Source of the DNA: Gracilinanus agilis
Lineage: Eukaryota
DNA: 64,000 nt
Direction of reading: 5' to 3'
NCBI RefSeq assembly: GCF_016433145.1
Contig: NC_058133.1
Location: 439,277,973 to 439,341,972, forward strand
Of the stretch, positions 1 through 12,007 are shown in pieces. The notes beneath the pieces were generated by a model. It saw only the letters and a program-made list of their open reading frames with translations. It ran no database searches and was not told the origin of the DNA. Position 1 is the first letter of the stretch. Each line of letters begins with the position of its first letter. Both the position numbers and the translations under genes were made by a program.

Positions 1-8
1 ATATGGAG

Positions 9-36
9 GTTTGTTTGTTTGTTTGTTTGTTTGTTT
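9..36 (+). repeat. (GTTT)n microsatellite
   Basis: About 7 tandem GTTT units. Confidence 0.95.
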
Positions 37-228
37 TTCCTTTGGTAAGGACTCTTTTGTGGCAATATGATTTAGATGATACAAATCTGAATTCTTGGGT
101 TCTGCCCAAACTCAGACCTTATATGAAGCAGGAAATAATTTATTACCTGGGAAAACTTGGGCAAATAACCTAAACTCAGCTGATGTGGGCCTTTTCCTTG
201 TCTATAGAATGAAGAGGTTGGACTAAAT

Positions 229-432
229 CAGGAGTTTTGGGCCAGAAAGGGGTCTGTGAATAGATTTCATGGAGTCTATGAACCTGGATGGGGAAAAAAA
301 CGACATCTCTCTTAGTTTTATTTGTAATCCTATGTATTTTATTTTATGTATTTAAAAATCATTATTCTGTGGGGTCCATCAGGTTCACCAGATTGCCAAA
401 GGGATCCATGACACAAAGAATTAAGAACCCCT
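229..432 (+). mobile_element. Old Charlie4-like non-autonomous hAT element inserted in a MIR-type SINE (MIR pieces ~140-228 and ~433-475)
   Basis: caggagtt... start and ...ttaagaacccct end; internal tttgtaatcctatgtattttattttatg and ccagattgccaaagggatccatgacac motifs as in Charlie4a/4z (recalled). Confidence 0.7.
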
Positions 433-554
433 AAATGACAGGACCTTCCCACTCTAAATCTACAATCTTACGTTCTGAAAAAAGTCTCTCTTCTTACACT
501 TTGTAGAATCGGAGCATGATCCCATCCTTCCTTTTCTCTCTTAAGGTTTAAATA

Positions 555-996
555 CAAATATATATATATATATGTATAAAATATATTACAGAAATATAAT
601 AGGACATAATATATATTATAATGCATTATATTTTGTTATATGTAATATATGATGCAAAATAATATAAATATATGTCCACATATATAATATATATTTATAT
701 ATGACAGAAATATAATGATATAATGTAATATTATAATGCATAATAATATAATCCATCCATATATTTATATATAATATATTACAGAAATAAATGACATAAT
801 ATATACTTTGTTATATATAATACATAATGTAAAATAATATAAATATATACACCCACACATATATACATATATTTATATATAACATATTACAGAAATATAT
901 GAAATAATATATATTATGATGCATTATAATATATTTTGTTATATATAACATATAATACAAAATAATATAAATATATACATCCATATAGATATATAT
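555..996. repeat. AT-rich degenerate minisatellite, ~4 units
   Basis: Anchor acagaaat at 588, 704, 781 and 889 (spacing 116, 77, 108) with recurring tttgttatat and aaaataatataaatatat blocks. Confidence 0.85.
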
Positions 997-1122
997 GTTG
1001 TCTCCCTCCTTAGAATGTAAGCTCTTTCAGGGAAGAGACTGTTTTGTTCTCATCTTTATATTCCTAGGACTCAGGACAGTGCCTGGCACACAGTAGGCAC
1101 TAAATAAAAGCTTAGTTGATTG
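996..1122 (+). mobile_element. L2 LINE 3' end
   Basis: gttgtctccc...agaatgtaagctc...acagtgcctggcacacagtaggcactaaataaa, the typical L2 terminus. Confidence 0.85.
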
Positions 1123-1819
1123 CCTCTTTGGGCTTTGTAGTTTCAGCTCAGTGACTGGGTGAAGGTTCCACAAATAATAATGGAAAATCTGAGCTATGAG
1201 TGGCTGGAGCAGAGTGAAGCAACCTACTCTTCCATGAGGCAGGCTGAGAAAATTCTTGATGCCAAGCCATAAGGCTGAGTTTCCAGGAGTGGCATTCCAT
1301 GGCAATCCCTGCCACTACTCATTAGGTTAATAAGTGAAAGATCTGGGTTGATTATGCCAGGTGGGGAACTTCCTGTATGACTGAGTGGACGAGCTCTAGG
1401 GAGGTGCCTGGGTCATTTAGAGGGCTAGGGATTTTCTCAGGGTCATAGTAGAGCTAGTAAATATTAGAGGTTCATATCAAAAATCAGAATATTAGAACCC
1501 GGGTCATCCAAGTCTAGCATCCTAACAGGGCTGCTCACTTCTGGCTCTCTCTACTCATTAGAAATGCAGAAAGGATAAGCTACTTAATAGGTCAGTGGGT
1601 AAATGCCAGTTTTGTTCTCTGGAATCATCCGATACTTAACATTTTGCCGAGGACCCCAATTGGAGTTAAACATTTGTTTGACACATTACCAATTTCATTT
1701 TTTGCTCATGCTCCCTGAAATGCCTTCCTCCTTCCTCATCCCTATCCATCTCCCTCTACCAAAATCCTTCTTTTCCTTCAAGTCCTCCTTCCAATGCCAT
1801 TTCTAATTCTGTAGAAATA

Positions 1820-2075
1820 ATTTGCATTGTATTTACTTGAATATATGTCAAGTTTCCCTGCTAGAATGCACTCATGAGAGCAGGGATGGGGTCTTATCAA
1901 TCAATCAGCATTTATAAAACACCTACTATGTGCCAGGAACTGTGCTAACCACCAGGAATACCAAAAGAGGCAAAAGCCAGTCCCTGCTCTTAAGGAGCTC
2001 ACAGTCTAATTCAGACTTTGTATCTCTCCTAGCACCTTTCTCAGTGTTCTGAGGTCACTTAGTAAATGTTTGTCA
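1820..2075. mobile_element. Two L2 3'-end fragments in opposite orientations, one within the other
   Basis: L2 terminus motifs on +, interrupted by caatcaatcagcatt...ctactatgtgccagg...ggagctcacagtctaat (L2 on -). Confidence 0.65.
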
Positions 2076-2349
2076 GTTTGGGTAGAACTAAATATCCTCC
2101 ATGAAAACTTCTCTGTCCCCCCAGTTGGAAGTGATTTCTTCTTCCACAGATCTCAGTGTATTTTATACATAGTTTTCACACAGTTATCATAGTTTTGTAT
2201 GTATTACACTTGTCTACATATATCTTATTCTCCCTTTTACACACTCAACTCCCTGAGCAAGCTCCTTAAGGGCAGGAATCATATTTTCTTTCTGAAGTGC
2301 ACTATGCTAGGGCCTTTTAGGAAAATATACACGTATTTCTTCCCTATTA

Positions 2350-2462
2350 AAAAAAAGAGAACCATCAGCTCAGGGATAGATAGGGGAGGAAAGAAAGGAG
2401 GGAAAGAACATGAATCATGTAACCATGGAAAAATAATCTTAATTTAAAAAATTTAAAAAAAG
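2350..2462 (+). mobile_element. L1 extreme 3' end (opossum type)
   Basis: ggagggaaagaacatgaatcatgtaaccatggaaaa followed by an A-rich tail; the same terminus occurs at 49255-49320. Confidence 0.8.
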
Positions 2463-2954
2463 AGAAACATTGCACATAGTGAGAGGTCATTACTGCATAA
2501 ATGAATGAATTTGGGTTCATGCTCCCTGTGACCTGTGATTATTGGCTGGATATGCAGAGCTGAGAGCCCTATTTTTCTCATTTTATTGCAGTGGTCCTTT
2601 GAGGTCTGCAAGTCATCCTGTAAATACTAGACTAGTACTGGAATCCTTCCGAGGTGGGCAGGGGTGGGGGTGGGGTGTCCATGAAATTACTTTTGTATAT
2701 ATTTTAAGAATTTTCTTTCCTTTTTTTTTAAAGGTAGGCAAGTCTCTTCATTTTATCTGCCAACCTCATTTTCTGTTTCTTTTTTTAAAAAAAAAGGTTA
2801 CATGTGTTATAAAATATCTATTTCCATGTTCTTCATGTTGTGAAAGCAGACACATTTTGCTTCCACTAGAGAAAATTTCATGGAAGAAATAAAGAATGGC
2901 ATGCTTCAATCTGCATTCAGACTTTGTCAGTTCTTCCTATAGCAGTGGATAGCC

Positions 2955-4746
2955 TTTTTTTTTTTTTTTTTTTTAAGGGTCCCTCAAGTTGTCCTGGATT
3001 CTTGCATTGCTGGTAACACTCAAGTAATAACTGCAGTTGATCATCAAGCTTTATTGCTGTTATTATCCACAAAATTCTCCTGCTTCTGTTCACTTTGCTT
3101 TGCCTCACTTGATAGGTCTTTCAGGTCTTTTTGTGATCCTCTTGTCATTTCTTACGGTGCAGCAGTATTCCATTACAATCAGTCAGATCATAATCTCTAC
3201 CCCTGCTTTCTTTTTGGCTGAAGGGAAGTAGATTCTGTGTTAGCCCTTTACCATTACTTAGTGTGTCTCCCTGATTTTAATCTCTCATAGACTGGCTCTT
3301 ATAGAAGGCATAAGGTGGAATTTTGGCTTTTAATTCAGGCCTCTTCTGTTTAATGGTTGAGCTCATCCTGGTCACATTCACAGGTGTTTCCCTCCATCAT
3401 AATTTCCCCATTTATTCTTCTCTTCCTCTCATTTCAGGCTTTCCCTGTTCACAAATATTTTTGTTTCTGACTACTGCTTCCTTGACCTCACCCTCTCTTG
3501 TGCTCTTTCCTCCATTTTCTTAAGTGATTCTTGATTGTAGTCTAGATCCTTTGCTTTGAGAAATATCAGTCCTTTAATGTAGAAGCAGCTAGGTCCTGTG
3601 CTATTCTGACTGTAGCTTCATGACATTTAAATTATTTTTTTTCCTGGCTGCTTGCAATATTTTCTCCTTATTGTTGGGAGTTCTGAATTTTGGCTATAGT
3701 AGTCTTGGGATTCTTAAATTTGGTATCTCTTTCTGGTGATGATTAGTGGTTTCTTTTGATTTCTGTCCCCCCCACCCCACCTTGTTTGAGAACATCAAGG
3801 CAGTTCTCCCTTAAAATTTCTTGCAATATGGTGTCCAGGCTCTTTTTTTTTTTTTTGATCATGGCTTTCAGGACATCCAATGATTCTTAGGTTCTCTCTC
3901 CTGAATATATTTTCCAGGTCAGTTTTTTTCCAGTGAAATATTTCTTTGGGTTTTAAAAAATTTGTTTTATTCTTTTCTGCCTTTTTATGGAGGCAATTTT
4001 TTTTGTTTGTCCAATTCTAATTTTTAGGGAGCAATTTTCTTCTTTGAGGCTTTGTATTTCCTTTTTTAGGGATTGGATTTCTTCAGTGAGTTTTTGTCTA
4101 AGCTATTGAATTTCTATTATTTTATTTTCTAACTTTTCTTCTAAGTCTCTTCTTATTTTTTTACTCTCTTTTGGAGCTCTTCCAGAAGTTCATTTTGGCC
4201 CTGACATCCTTTTACATTTGCCTTTGAGGGTTCACACATTTCCATTTTAGCATTGGTGTACTCTGAGTTTGCATTTTGGTTTTCCCTTTTGCTGAAATAG
4301 CTTTCCAGGCAGATTGCTTCTTTGTCTTTTACTCACTTTGGGGGGCTTTTTTTTCATGATCTTCCTATATGTTGAGGCTCAACTCCACTTCTAGTGTGGA
4401 AGGAGTACTGCCTCCGAGTTCCCCAAGGGGCCACACGCAGTAGATTTAGCTGAATCTTCTTCTCAGCTGCTAACTCCCAAATGTTGAGATGGCTGGGGTT
4501 GTTTTTTCTGCTGAGGGTTCCCCTGGGACTGTGCTTGCACTGGGTCACTCCTCACACTCTTCAGCATGTGTTTATACTGGGCGGCTTCTTATGCTGCTGA
4601 TTCCACTGCTCTTACCTTGTACCCTAAGGAGATGCTTCTCTATGTATCCCTTGTTTTGAGGCATTTTTTTTCTTTTGTGGTTGTTTGAAGGTAGGTTTAG
4701 GTGAGCTTGGAATGCTCCTTATTCTGCCATCTTGGCTACCAGAAGT
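2955..4746 (-). mobile_element. Internally deleted L1: 5' UTR, degraded ORF1, start of ORF2 endonuclease, 3' UTR piece, poly(A)
   Basis: On the minus strand: L1-type 5' end acttctggtagccaagatggc at 4746; ORF1-like sequence to ~3540; EN N-terminal sequence ~3400-3185; jump to 3' UTR at ~3182; T20 at 2955-2974. Confidence 0.7.
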
Positions 4747-4769
4747 GGAACTCCTATTTTTATAACTTT

Positions 4770-4911
4770 TGGTGTAATTGGTTTTCCTTTTTAATCCAAT
4801 GCATTTTATTTTATACATTGAACACATTATTCTGAGAAGAGGTCCATAGGCTTTGCTAGATTGCCAAAGGGGCAGTGACCAAAGTGTACATGAAAAAGGT
4901 TAAGAAATCCT
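4770..4911 (+). mobile_element. Charlie4-like hAT fragment
   Basis: attattctgagaagaggtccataggct...gattgccaaagggg...aaaaggttaagaaatcct. Confidence 0.7.
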
Positions 4912-7324
4912 ATAATTTAAGAGGATTGATTGCTCTCTGGTAGACGTAGAATGCACAGACTGGAATTCCTGATCACTCTGAATGCTTCCTGGAACAAATT
5001 TAGCTTATGGGGTAGGGGAAAAGGGGCTGTAATCAACTAAGTATCTGTGGAATTTTGTGAACCAGAGATGACTCAATACTACTTTAAACCACATGAGATT
5101 GTTGCTTATCATGGTAGTGGAATTTCAAGTCTGGAGCCGAATACTCCATTTTCTGGTTTGGCCAGAAACTGGATATAACACTTTAAAGTTCACAACACAT
5201 TTTATAATCCCTGTTTTATCTGTGCCCAACAATAACTCTGTGAACGTAATAATAACAAAATTTTCACAAATATTTTTATTCCAATTTTATAGATGATGAA
5301 ATGGATGCTCAGAGAAATTGTCACTTTCCCATGGTCATGCAGGTGATAAATATCTACCTAAGAATCATATAAAGGGCAGAAGAGAGGCACAAAATAGGCA
5401 CAAGCAAGGTGTGACACTCTTCACCAAGTTATTTAGGAGTAATGGAATAAAATGTGTCATGCCAAAAAGTGTGGTGAAAAATTACAGATGGGGACAGCCT
5501 GAATATTCTGCTGGTATCTTGATGTCAAAATTAGGTAGTTAGAAGGTGTAGTAGGGTGAATGGAGTCCTGGACATGGAATTAGGAATACCTGAGTTCAAA
5601 TTCTTTCTCAGATGTTTACTACCTATGTGATTCTGGGCAAATCATTTCAAGTTGTACTTCTGTTTTAGCTCCATTTTTATTGGTGGTCTTCCTAAAAAAG
5701 ACTAGGACAATGAACTTTTGGGATCTGCTGCAAACCAAGTAAAGATCTGCATTTATTACCCTTTTGTAGATAATTGTGGCATCTCAAAATTTTGTAGCAG
5801 AGTTCCAGGAAAGTTTAATTTTAGGAAGGTTATAGACAGGTTTATCAAGGTGTTCCAATTACCTAGAGCAATTGGTCAAATATTTTTGCTGCTCTAAGTC
5901 TCCTTAGCTTTTAAGAGACCTCAGTTCAAATTAATTCTGAGATTGAAAAAAATCTCTTAATGTGTTAAAGAATTTCACTCTTCAACAAAATGACTACCAG
6001 GTCTGTAGTTACATAATAATCCAATGGAAAGGAGCCAAGTGCTATTTAAAAAAAGCAGATTTCTTCTATTTGATTTATACAGGATTTCCCTTTTGCTGCC
6101 AAGTTTCATTAGTGCAAAATATAAGATGCTTAGCCTGAAATCATTAATGGCCAGTAGGAACTCCAAAAGAAATAAAATAATTCATGGTTTCCTTTTTGCA
6201 GTGAACCACCTTGAACTATGCTCTTGAACTTTGGGACCTGTTCCAACACTTGGTCAGGAAAACTCTTGGCAGAACAGGAAGTAGTGATTGTGATTAACCA
6301 GTCCATGTGGTCATTCTTCATTTGAGTAGCATGGAATCGGTACTTCAGGATGACAAGTTTCCAGTATAATGTTTCAGTTTAAACGTTAAAATGTTAGGTA
6401 CGTATCCCTTGGGTACTTTTCATAGCCATGTCTTAGTTTTAATGGATTGATTCAATTCCTTAGATAATTATAGGTAGAAATTCCCCTTTTAGTTTGGGCT
6501 GTATAAAATAGCCTTCAAAATGTTCTATACTTCTTTGCAGTAAGGAGTTGCTTCTGTTTATACCTGAATTCATCTCCTTCTGGCTGTGGACAATGTCTAT
6601 ATGCCATTATAAAATATAAGTAATACCCAGAACGATACTCTATGAATATTTTCCTTTCATCTAATACCATGTGGACCAGGATATTTGATTTTTAGAAACT
6701 ATCCCTCAACAAAATACTGATTGTCTCTCAATCTTTACATACAATTGACTTTAGCATAAATGAAATCCCCAAACAGGTTCTTGATTTATAGTCATGGCTG
6801 ATATATTTGGATTAATTATTTTATATGCCAAAACCCAGCAGTGATAAGCTTTGCATCATATTTGGATCTAGTAAAAGAATTCATACAAGTCCAATTTTTA
6901 TAATATGAATGAATTATAAAAGAGAACCATAATGAAGTGTTAGAAATATATAAATGTAGAGCATCTCTATGAAAAGAGAACACAAATCACTAGTGTTTGA
7001 AGACAGAGCAGTGTTCAAACATATGCCTAAAAGGGAAACTACATTAGGCAATTTCTTCAAATGCTTTTTCCTATTAATTAAATAAAAAGACATTAAAAGG
7101 GTTTGGAAATAAGATGAAAGTCCTATAGAGAACTTAATTCTTTCAAGTTTACTCAATAGAGCTGCTCCAAGGTAAAACATATGAGGAAAACATTCTGGCT
7201 AGAACAAATGCTTTTTCTTTGACTTTCTAGTTTTTTAATTAGGAATCCAGTTAAATATTTAGAAAATAAGGCATAGACAACAAGCCTTCTAACTCATTGG
7301 ATGTTGAAGTAGTAGTCAAATTAA

Positions 7325-7572
7325 AGGCAGCCAGGCAGCATAATGGATAGAGTGTCAGGCCTGGAGTCAGAAAAATTCATATTTGTGAGTTCAAATCTGG
7401 CCTCAGACACTTACTATCTGTGTGACTTTGTGCAAATCATTTAATCTTGTTTGCCTCAGTTCCTTCATCTGTAAAATGAGTTGAAGGAAATGGCAAACCA
7501 CTTCTCTGCCAAGTAAACCCCAAATGAGGTCATGAAGCATTAGATATAATTGAAAATGACAAAACAAGCAAA
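7325..7572 (+). mobile_element. MAR1-type CORE-SINE
   Basis: tRNA-like head, MIR core, then the gaaggaaatggcaaaccac...aaaccccaaatgaggtcatgaag tail. Confidence 0.8.
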
Positions 7573-8214
7573 ATTAAGATATAAGGGAATTTTAAGTAAA
7601 GGAATGAAGCAATTTAAAAATTAGAGAATTGGTTTGACTAACTATGGAAAACTCAGATTTTTCTTTGGCTAGGACATGAGGATGAGGAATCTTGCTCCCA
7701 TGATTCTATCAATGGAAAGACTACTGGTATAGAAACTCCCTCCACTGAGAGAGACGAGCCATTCAATTATAACTTGAGAGATCAGGGCTGAACAAAGGGT
7801 AACTTGGAAGGAAGACTGAGAAGAGATCATTGATTTGAATTTCCCATAGTCACACTGCTGGTCATGTCAGTGGCAAAACCTGAAAGTTGCCTTGACCACC
7901 AGATAGCCCCTCTCTTCATGACATCACACCGTTTCTTAGATGATGAAATTTTTATGGAGGCTAAAATGGAGACTCACCATGTAGCATGTAATTTTGTCAT
8001 CTTTTTAAGACTTTGCAAATTGTTAATATCATAGATATGTATATATATGTATATGTACATATATATAATCTGTCTATCAAGTGAGTAGAAGACAAAATAC
8101 TTTTGGATTTTATTGATCAACCTAAACTTTATAGTCTAATGTTGGTTCCTAATTTTTTTAAAACATAAAATATCCTTAAACCTTATTGTTTTTATAATAT
8201 TCTTTGATACTTTG

Positions 8215-8345
8215 ATGAACCAGCCTCTCTTCTGCTTCCGTACAGTGCTTCGTTGGTAATGTTTCAACCTACTTGTGCCCACTGCGTGTCTCTCCACTGT
8301 TCTCCGGGTGACCTTCAACTTCAACTTTTTGGAGACTGATTTACA
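8215..8345 (-). mobile_element. RTE-clade LINE ORF fragment
   Basis: Minus-strand translation KLKVTRRTVERHAVGTSRL resembles the RTE post-RT motif xLxVTQRAMERxMxGxSRL (recalled). Confidence 0.5.
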
Positions 8346-10424
8346 TGACTCTCAGTTGTACAGCACCATTGAATTTCTTTCCATTTTTTAAAATTGTTAT
8401 AAAAATACAAATTTCTTCTTTAGTGCTGACTTTCACTTTGTATCCCAATTACCGATGAACTTTGTTGAAACAGTAAATTTTCATATCATAGATTCCTACA
8501 AACACACTTTGAGAACTTGTTTGAAGTTGCTATTAGGAGAGCTGACTTCCCAGATAACCTTGACCAAAGAATGATACTGCTCTGTCAAGGAAGGTTGTTC
8601 TTTTCAACTGAATGTAAAGATCTGAGAGGAAAGGCAATGAATGGTACAAAGAGCCAACCTGTCAGATGAACTCCATCAGTTCTAGCATCAATGGGAAGAT
8701 CATTTGACCAGATCATTTTCCCATGAGTATAAGAGGCTCAAGATGTAATAATCAGTGTAATATCATTAATTTAATTGTTTGTATAGTTCAGAGGAAATAA
8801 GTTGTTTTTTTTTTTGGTCAAAAAGGATTTTGAATTTAAATTAGACTCAAATTACACTATGAAAACACAAGGTAACAGTGGGATAAATGTAATCCTTTCC
8901 TCTCTTTCCTTTTCCTTGGGTTTTTATTTTGAATGGAAACTATATGAAGTATGGTTTGGAAATTTATAATCTTCAAAGAAAAACAAATCATCTTAAAAGT
9001 GGATCTCCATTCAGAAACTTCTTTAAAAAAAAAAATCCACATTTCTCTAGGAGGTAAGCCAGGATCTTCCACTGATGTCTGTATACAGAGCATGATTAAA
9101 GGTTTTAGAAGACAGTGAATTTTAGATTATTATACAGTTCAATGAACCAGCATAGCATTGTGGTTTAAATGAAGCTTCCATTCCCATACTAAAATCTCTG
9201 ATTCAGTGACTTTGTTAAAATGAATATTAGGATTGATATGGTTTTTAGCTGAACTATTTACTGCTTTTGGTAAACATTAAAAGTGGCAGATAAGGAGAGA
9301 GAAGGTTCATGGAAGTGGAGTCAAGTGATTCACAGGGCCACTGAGGATTCTGTGGGTGAGTTTAGATTTTAAAATAGCAGAATAGGAAAGAACCGTGCAT
9401 TTAGAAGGAAGTATTAAACCAGGGCTCCATAATCCTCTCGTTGTAAAATGTGCAGCAGCCTACTGGAACTGGGGGTTCAGGTAGGTTTGGTCCTGTTGGT
9501 CTCAGGAAGGGCACAGAATTCAGGAACAGGGTTGCTCTGAGGAGCTCAGATCAGGTGGATCAAACCAGAAACCACCCTAGGCTAGGTACTGATTTAAGAG
9601 AATGTAAAGAAGCCTAAGAATGAACAAGAGAGATGTAACTTCAGAGGACAGGAGGAGTGAAGAGAGGCAGACTTTTCAGGGTAGGGACATGAGACTGGCT
9701 GGGAAATAACTTTAGATCTTCAAAATATGATTAAACTTTTGTAGGCTTCTCTCCTCCCTCCTTTTGTTGATATAGTGGCCAGGAAGTTCTGGGTTAACTA
9801 AGAGGGTTGCAATATAATTTTCTTAGCAGGGATGTAATTAATACTAAAGCTTACCAGGGAATTGCTGACAGCACCAGTTAAGCTCGCTGAGAGTAGTTAA
9901 TGATTGTTCAATGAAGTAGTAGCCCTACCTTTAATGTTGCAGATAATCCAAAGGTAAGAAAAATAAAATAAGACCTTAAGTGCAGAAAAGGCTTCATAGA
10001 CACAAAACTTAATTTATGTGATCTGGTAGGTATCTAGCTCACAGATTCTCTCTCCCTCCCCCTAACAAAAACCCGACCAGCTCCCTATTGGTGAAAAGTT
10101 GTAAAATAAAATGAGTTCTGGTTCCAGCCTGCTCTCATTTGGCTGTGGTTCTGAATCTTATTTCACCACACCACCCGCTGGACTTTTGAAAAAGTATTGA
10201 TTAGTTTTCTTCTTGTAGTTCCATATTGAATTTACAAAATGGGAACATTTCACTTTAAAAAGCCCAACAAAATCTGATTCTCAAGAAGGTCTCAGAACTA
10301 TTTTTTTTGTTGTTGTCTCTGAGTATGAAGTTTAACTTTTTGTTGGTTTTCAGTTTTCACTATTCTCTCTCCCCCCATTTGGAAATTTTAGGGACTTTCT
10401 AGGGCTCTAAGCCCAGGCTAGGAG

Positions 10425-10605
10425 AGATAGTTTGGTACTGGGAAAAAGGAACTAGACAGAGTTTAGCAGACCAGATGGCAACTCACTCACTACCTTTGTA
10501 ATCTAATGCGTGTCACCCAACTCTGTGCCTTAGTTTCCTCTATCTGTAGAAAGAAGAGGCTTAGCTTAGATGATCTTAAGGTCCTTCCAGCTCTAGATTC
10601 TACAA
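10425..10605 (+). mobile_element. MIR/MIR3 SINE
   Basis: ctgtgccttagtttcctctatctgtagaa core and gatgatcttaaggtccttccagctctag tail. Confidence 0.75.
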
Positions 10606-11069
10606 GTGACAAGAGAGTAGCAACTAGCAGAGTGGCTTGAGCAATGAATTTGGAATTTAGAATTTTTGAACTTTGATCAATACAATGATAAACTATGAAT
10701 CCTGAAGACTGAAGAAGAAACAAAGCACTTATCTCTTGCCCAGAGAGATGAATTTAAAAGGCAGAGACATACATTTTCAGGCATGGCCAATGTGGGATTT
10801 TATTTTGTTGGACTGTGCATGTCTATGATGAGGGTTATGTTTTTCCCTCAGTAGGGGGACAGTGGTACACACTATATATAAGGATAAATTTATTTTTTAG
10901 AAAAAGGTTGTGGTTTTCAACCAATATTTATGAGCCTCAATCTCATCATATGTAGATTAAAGGAATATAGGAACAGCCCTAGAAAAATGTTTCATAATTC
11001 GAAAAGCCCCGTATAAAAAGGTCTTGACGACTCTGGGAGTGGAAGGAATTCAGTGGGAAACAAGGGAGG

Positions 11070-11310
11070 GCATGCTAATTGTTTCCGTGCATTAATTTAA
11101 GAGCTGTCATATGGAAAAGGGATTAGGTTTGCCAACCCATACAGGGCAGAATTATAAACTTTGCGAGGAATTAGAAAAAAATAAATTTAGGCTCGATGGT
11201 GGGGAAAACATCCTAACAAAGAGAGCGGTCCAAAGGTGGAGCCTCGGGAGAAAGTGGGTTCATCCACTCACAGCCAAAGCTTGAAGGATACTAGTCACAT
11301 GTGGGACAGA
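11070..11310 (+). mobile_element. L3/CR1 3' fragment at the promoter edge
   Basis: gctgtcatatggaaaagggattag...agggcagaa...tttaggctcgatg...gaaaacatcctaacaa...agagcggtccaaaggtgg...gcctcggga, collinear with the L3 3' region (recalled). Confidence 0.7.
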
Positions 11311-11793
11311 GGGAGCTCCTCAGGGGTGGGATGTACTCGATAGTCCCCGAAGCCCTTTCCAAGACTGGGACTGCGAGCTTCTCCAGAGCCTGGGCAAGTA
11401 GAAGAGGCAAATAGCCGAAAGAAACAACGTTAATAGCACCGGAACAAACAACAGGAAACGCATTTTGAGGCTTCTAGTCCACACTTTCTCTGGAGGAGGA
11501 AGAGGAGGTGGGAAAGATCTGGGACTCCCCAGCAGCGGGTTCGGAGCCCGAGGCGGGAGAATTTGGACTGGGAGGTTAATTAAAAAATTTTTTCTCTCTC
11601 GCTGCTCCTGGGAAGGGGATTGTGCCAGGCGGACACATCCCAGTCCCTGAAGAGCGCGGGGGCCCGTGAAGAACTCCAGGTCCCGCGGTGTGCAGCGCGG
11701 GGCCCTCCCAGATCCCGGCGTGCACCGCGACGCTCCCGCTCCATTTCCCCCTCCCTTCCCTGTCTCCCTCCCTGTGCTCTAGGAGGCGGGGAC

Positions 11794-11876
11794 GCGGCGG
11801 CGGCGGCGGCTTCTCCAGTCTGGTCTCGCTCTCACTCGCTCGCTAGCTTTCGGGGGATCCTGGCGGCGGCGGCGGC
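11794..11876 (+). repeat. Two short (CGG/GGC)5 runs in the probable 5' UTR
   Basis: gcggcggcggcggcggc at 11794-11810 and (ggc)5 at 11862-11876. Confidence 0.9.
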
Positions 11877-11983
11877 TGCAGCCTTGAGCGGGAAGGAAAG
11901 ACTGACTGACTGGACCGCGATCGAGCGGGTGGACTGACCGAACGAGCTACCGACTGACCGCCCGAGGCGCCTCGAGTTCCGCC

Positions 11984-12007
11984 ATGAGCTGGGGCACGGA
12001 GCTGTGG
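11984..12007 (+). CDS. FNBP1L: FNBP1L/TOCA-1 coding exon 1 (MSWGTELW)
   Basis: gccATG Kozak context in a CpG island; reads MSWGTELW, the N-terminus shared by FNBP1L and FNBP1; donor GTGAGT at 12008, phase 0; in-frame upstream TGA at 11903. Confidence 0.97.

Noticed and set aside
6185-6345. Strong-looking acceptor tttcctttttgcAG (6201) suggesting an upstream gene exon
   Set aside because: All three frames stop within nine codons; no partner exons found; the minus-strand ORF resembles nothing I recognise.
11012-11019. TATAAAAA as the FNBP1L TATA box
   Set aside because: About 800 bp upstream of the GC-rich leader; CpG-island promoters are usually TATA-less.
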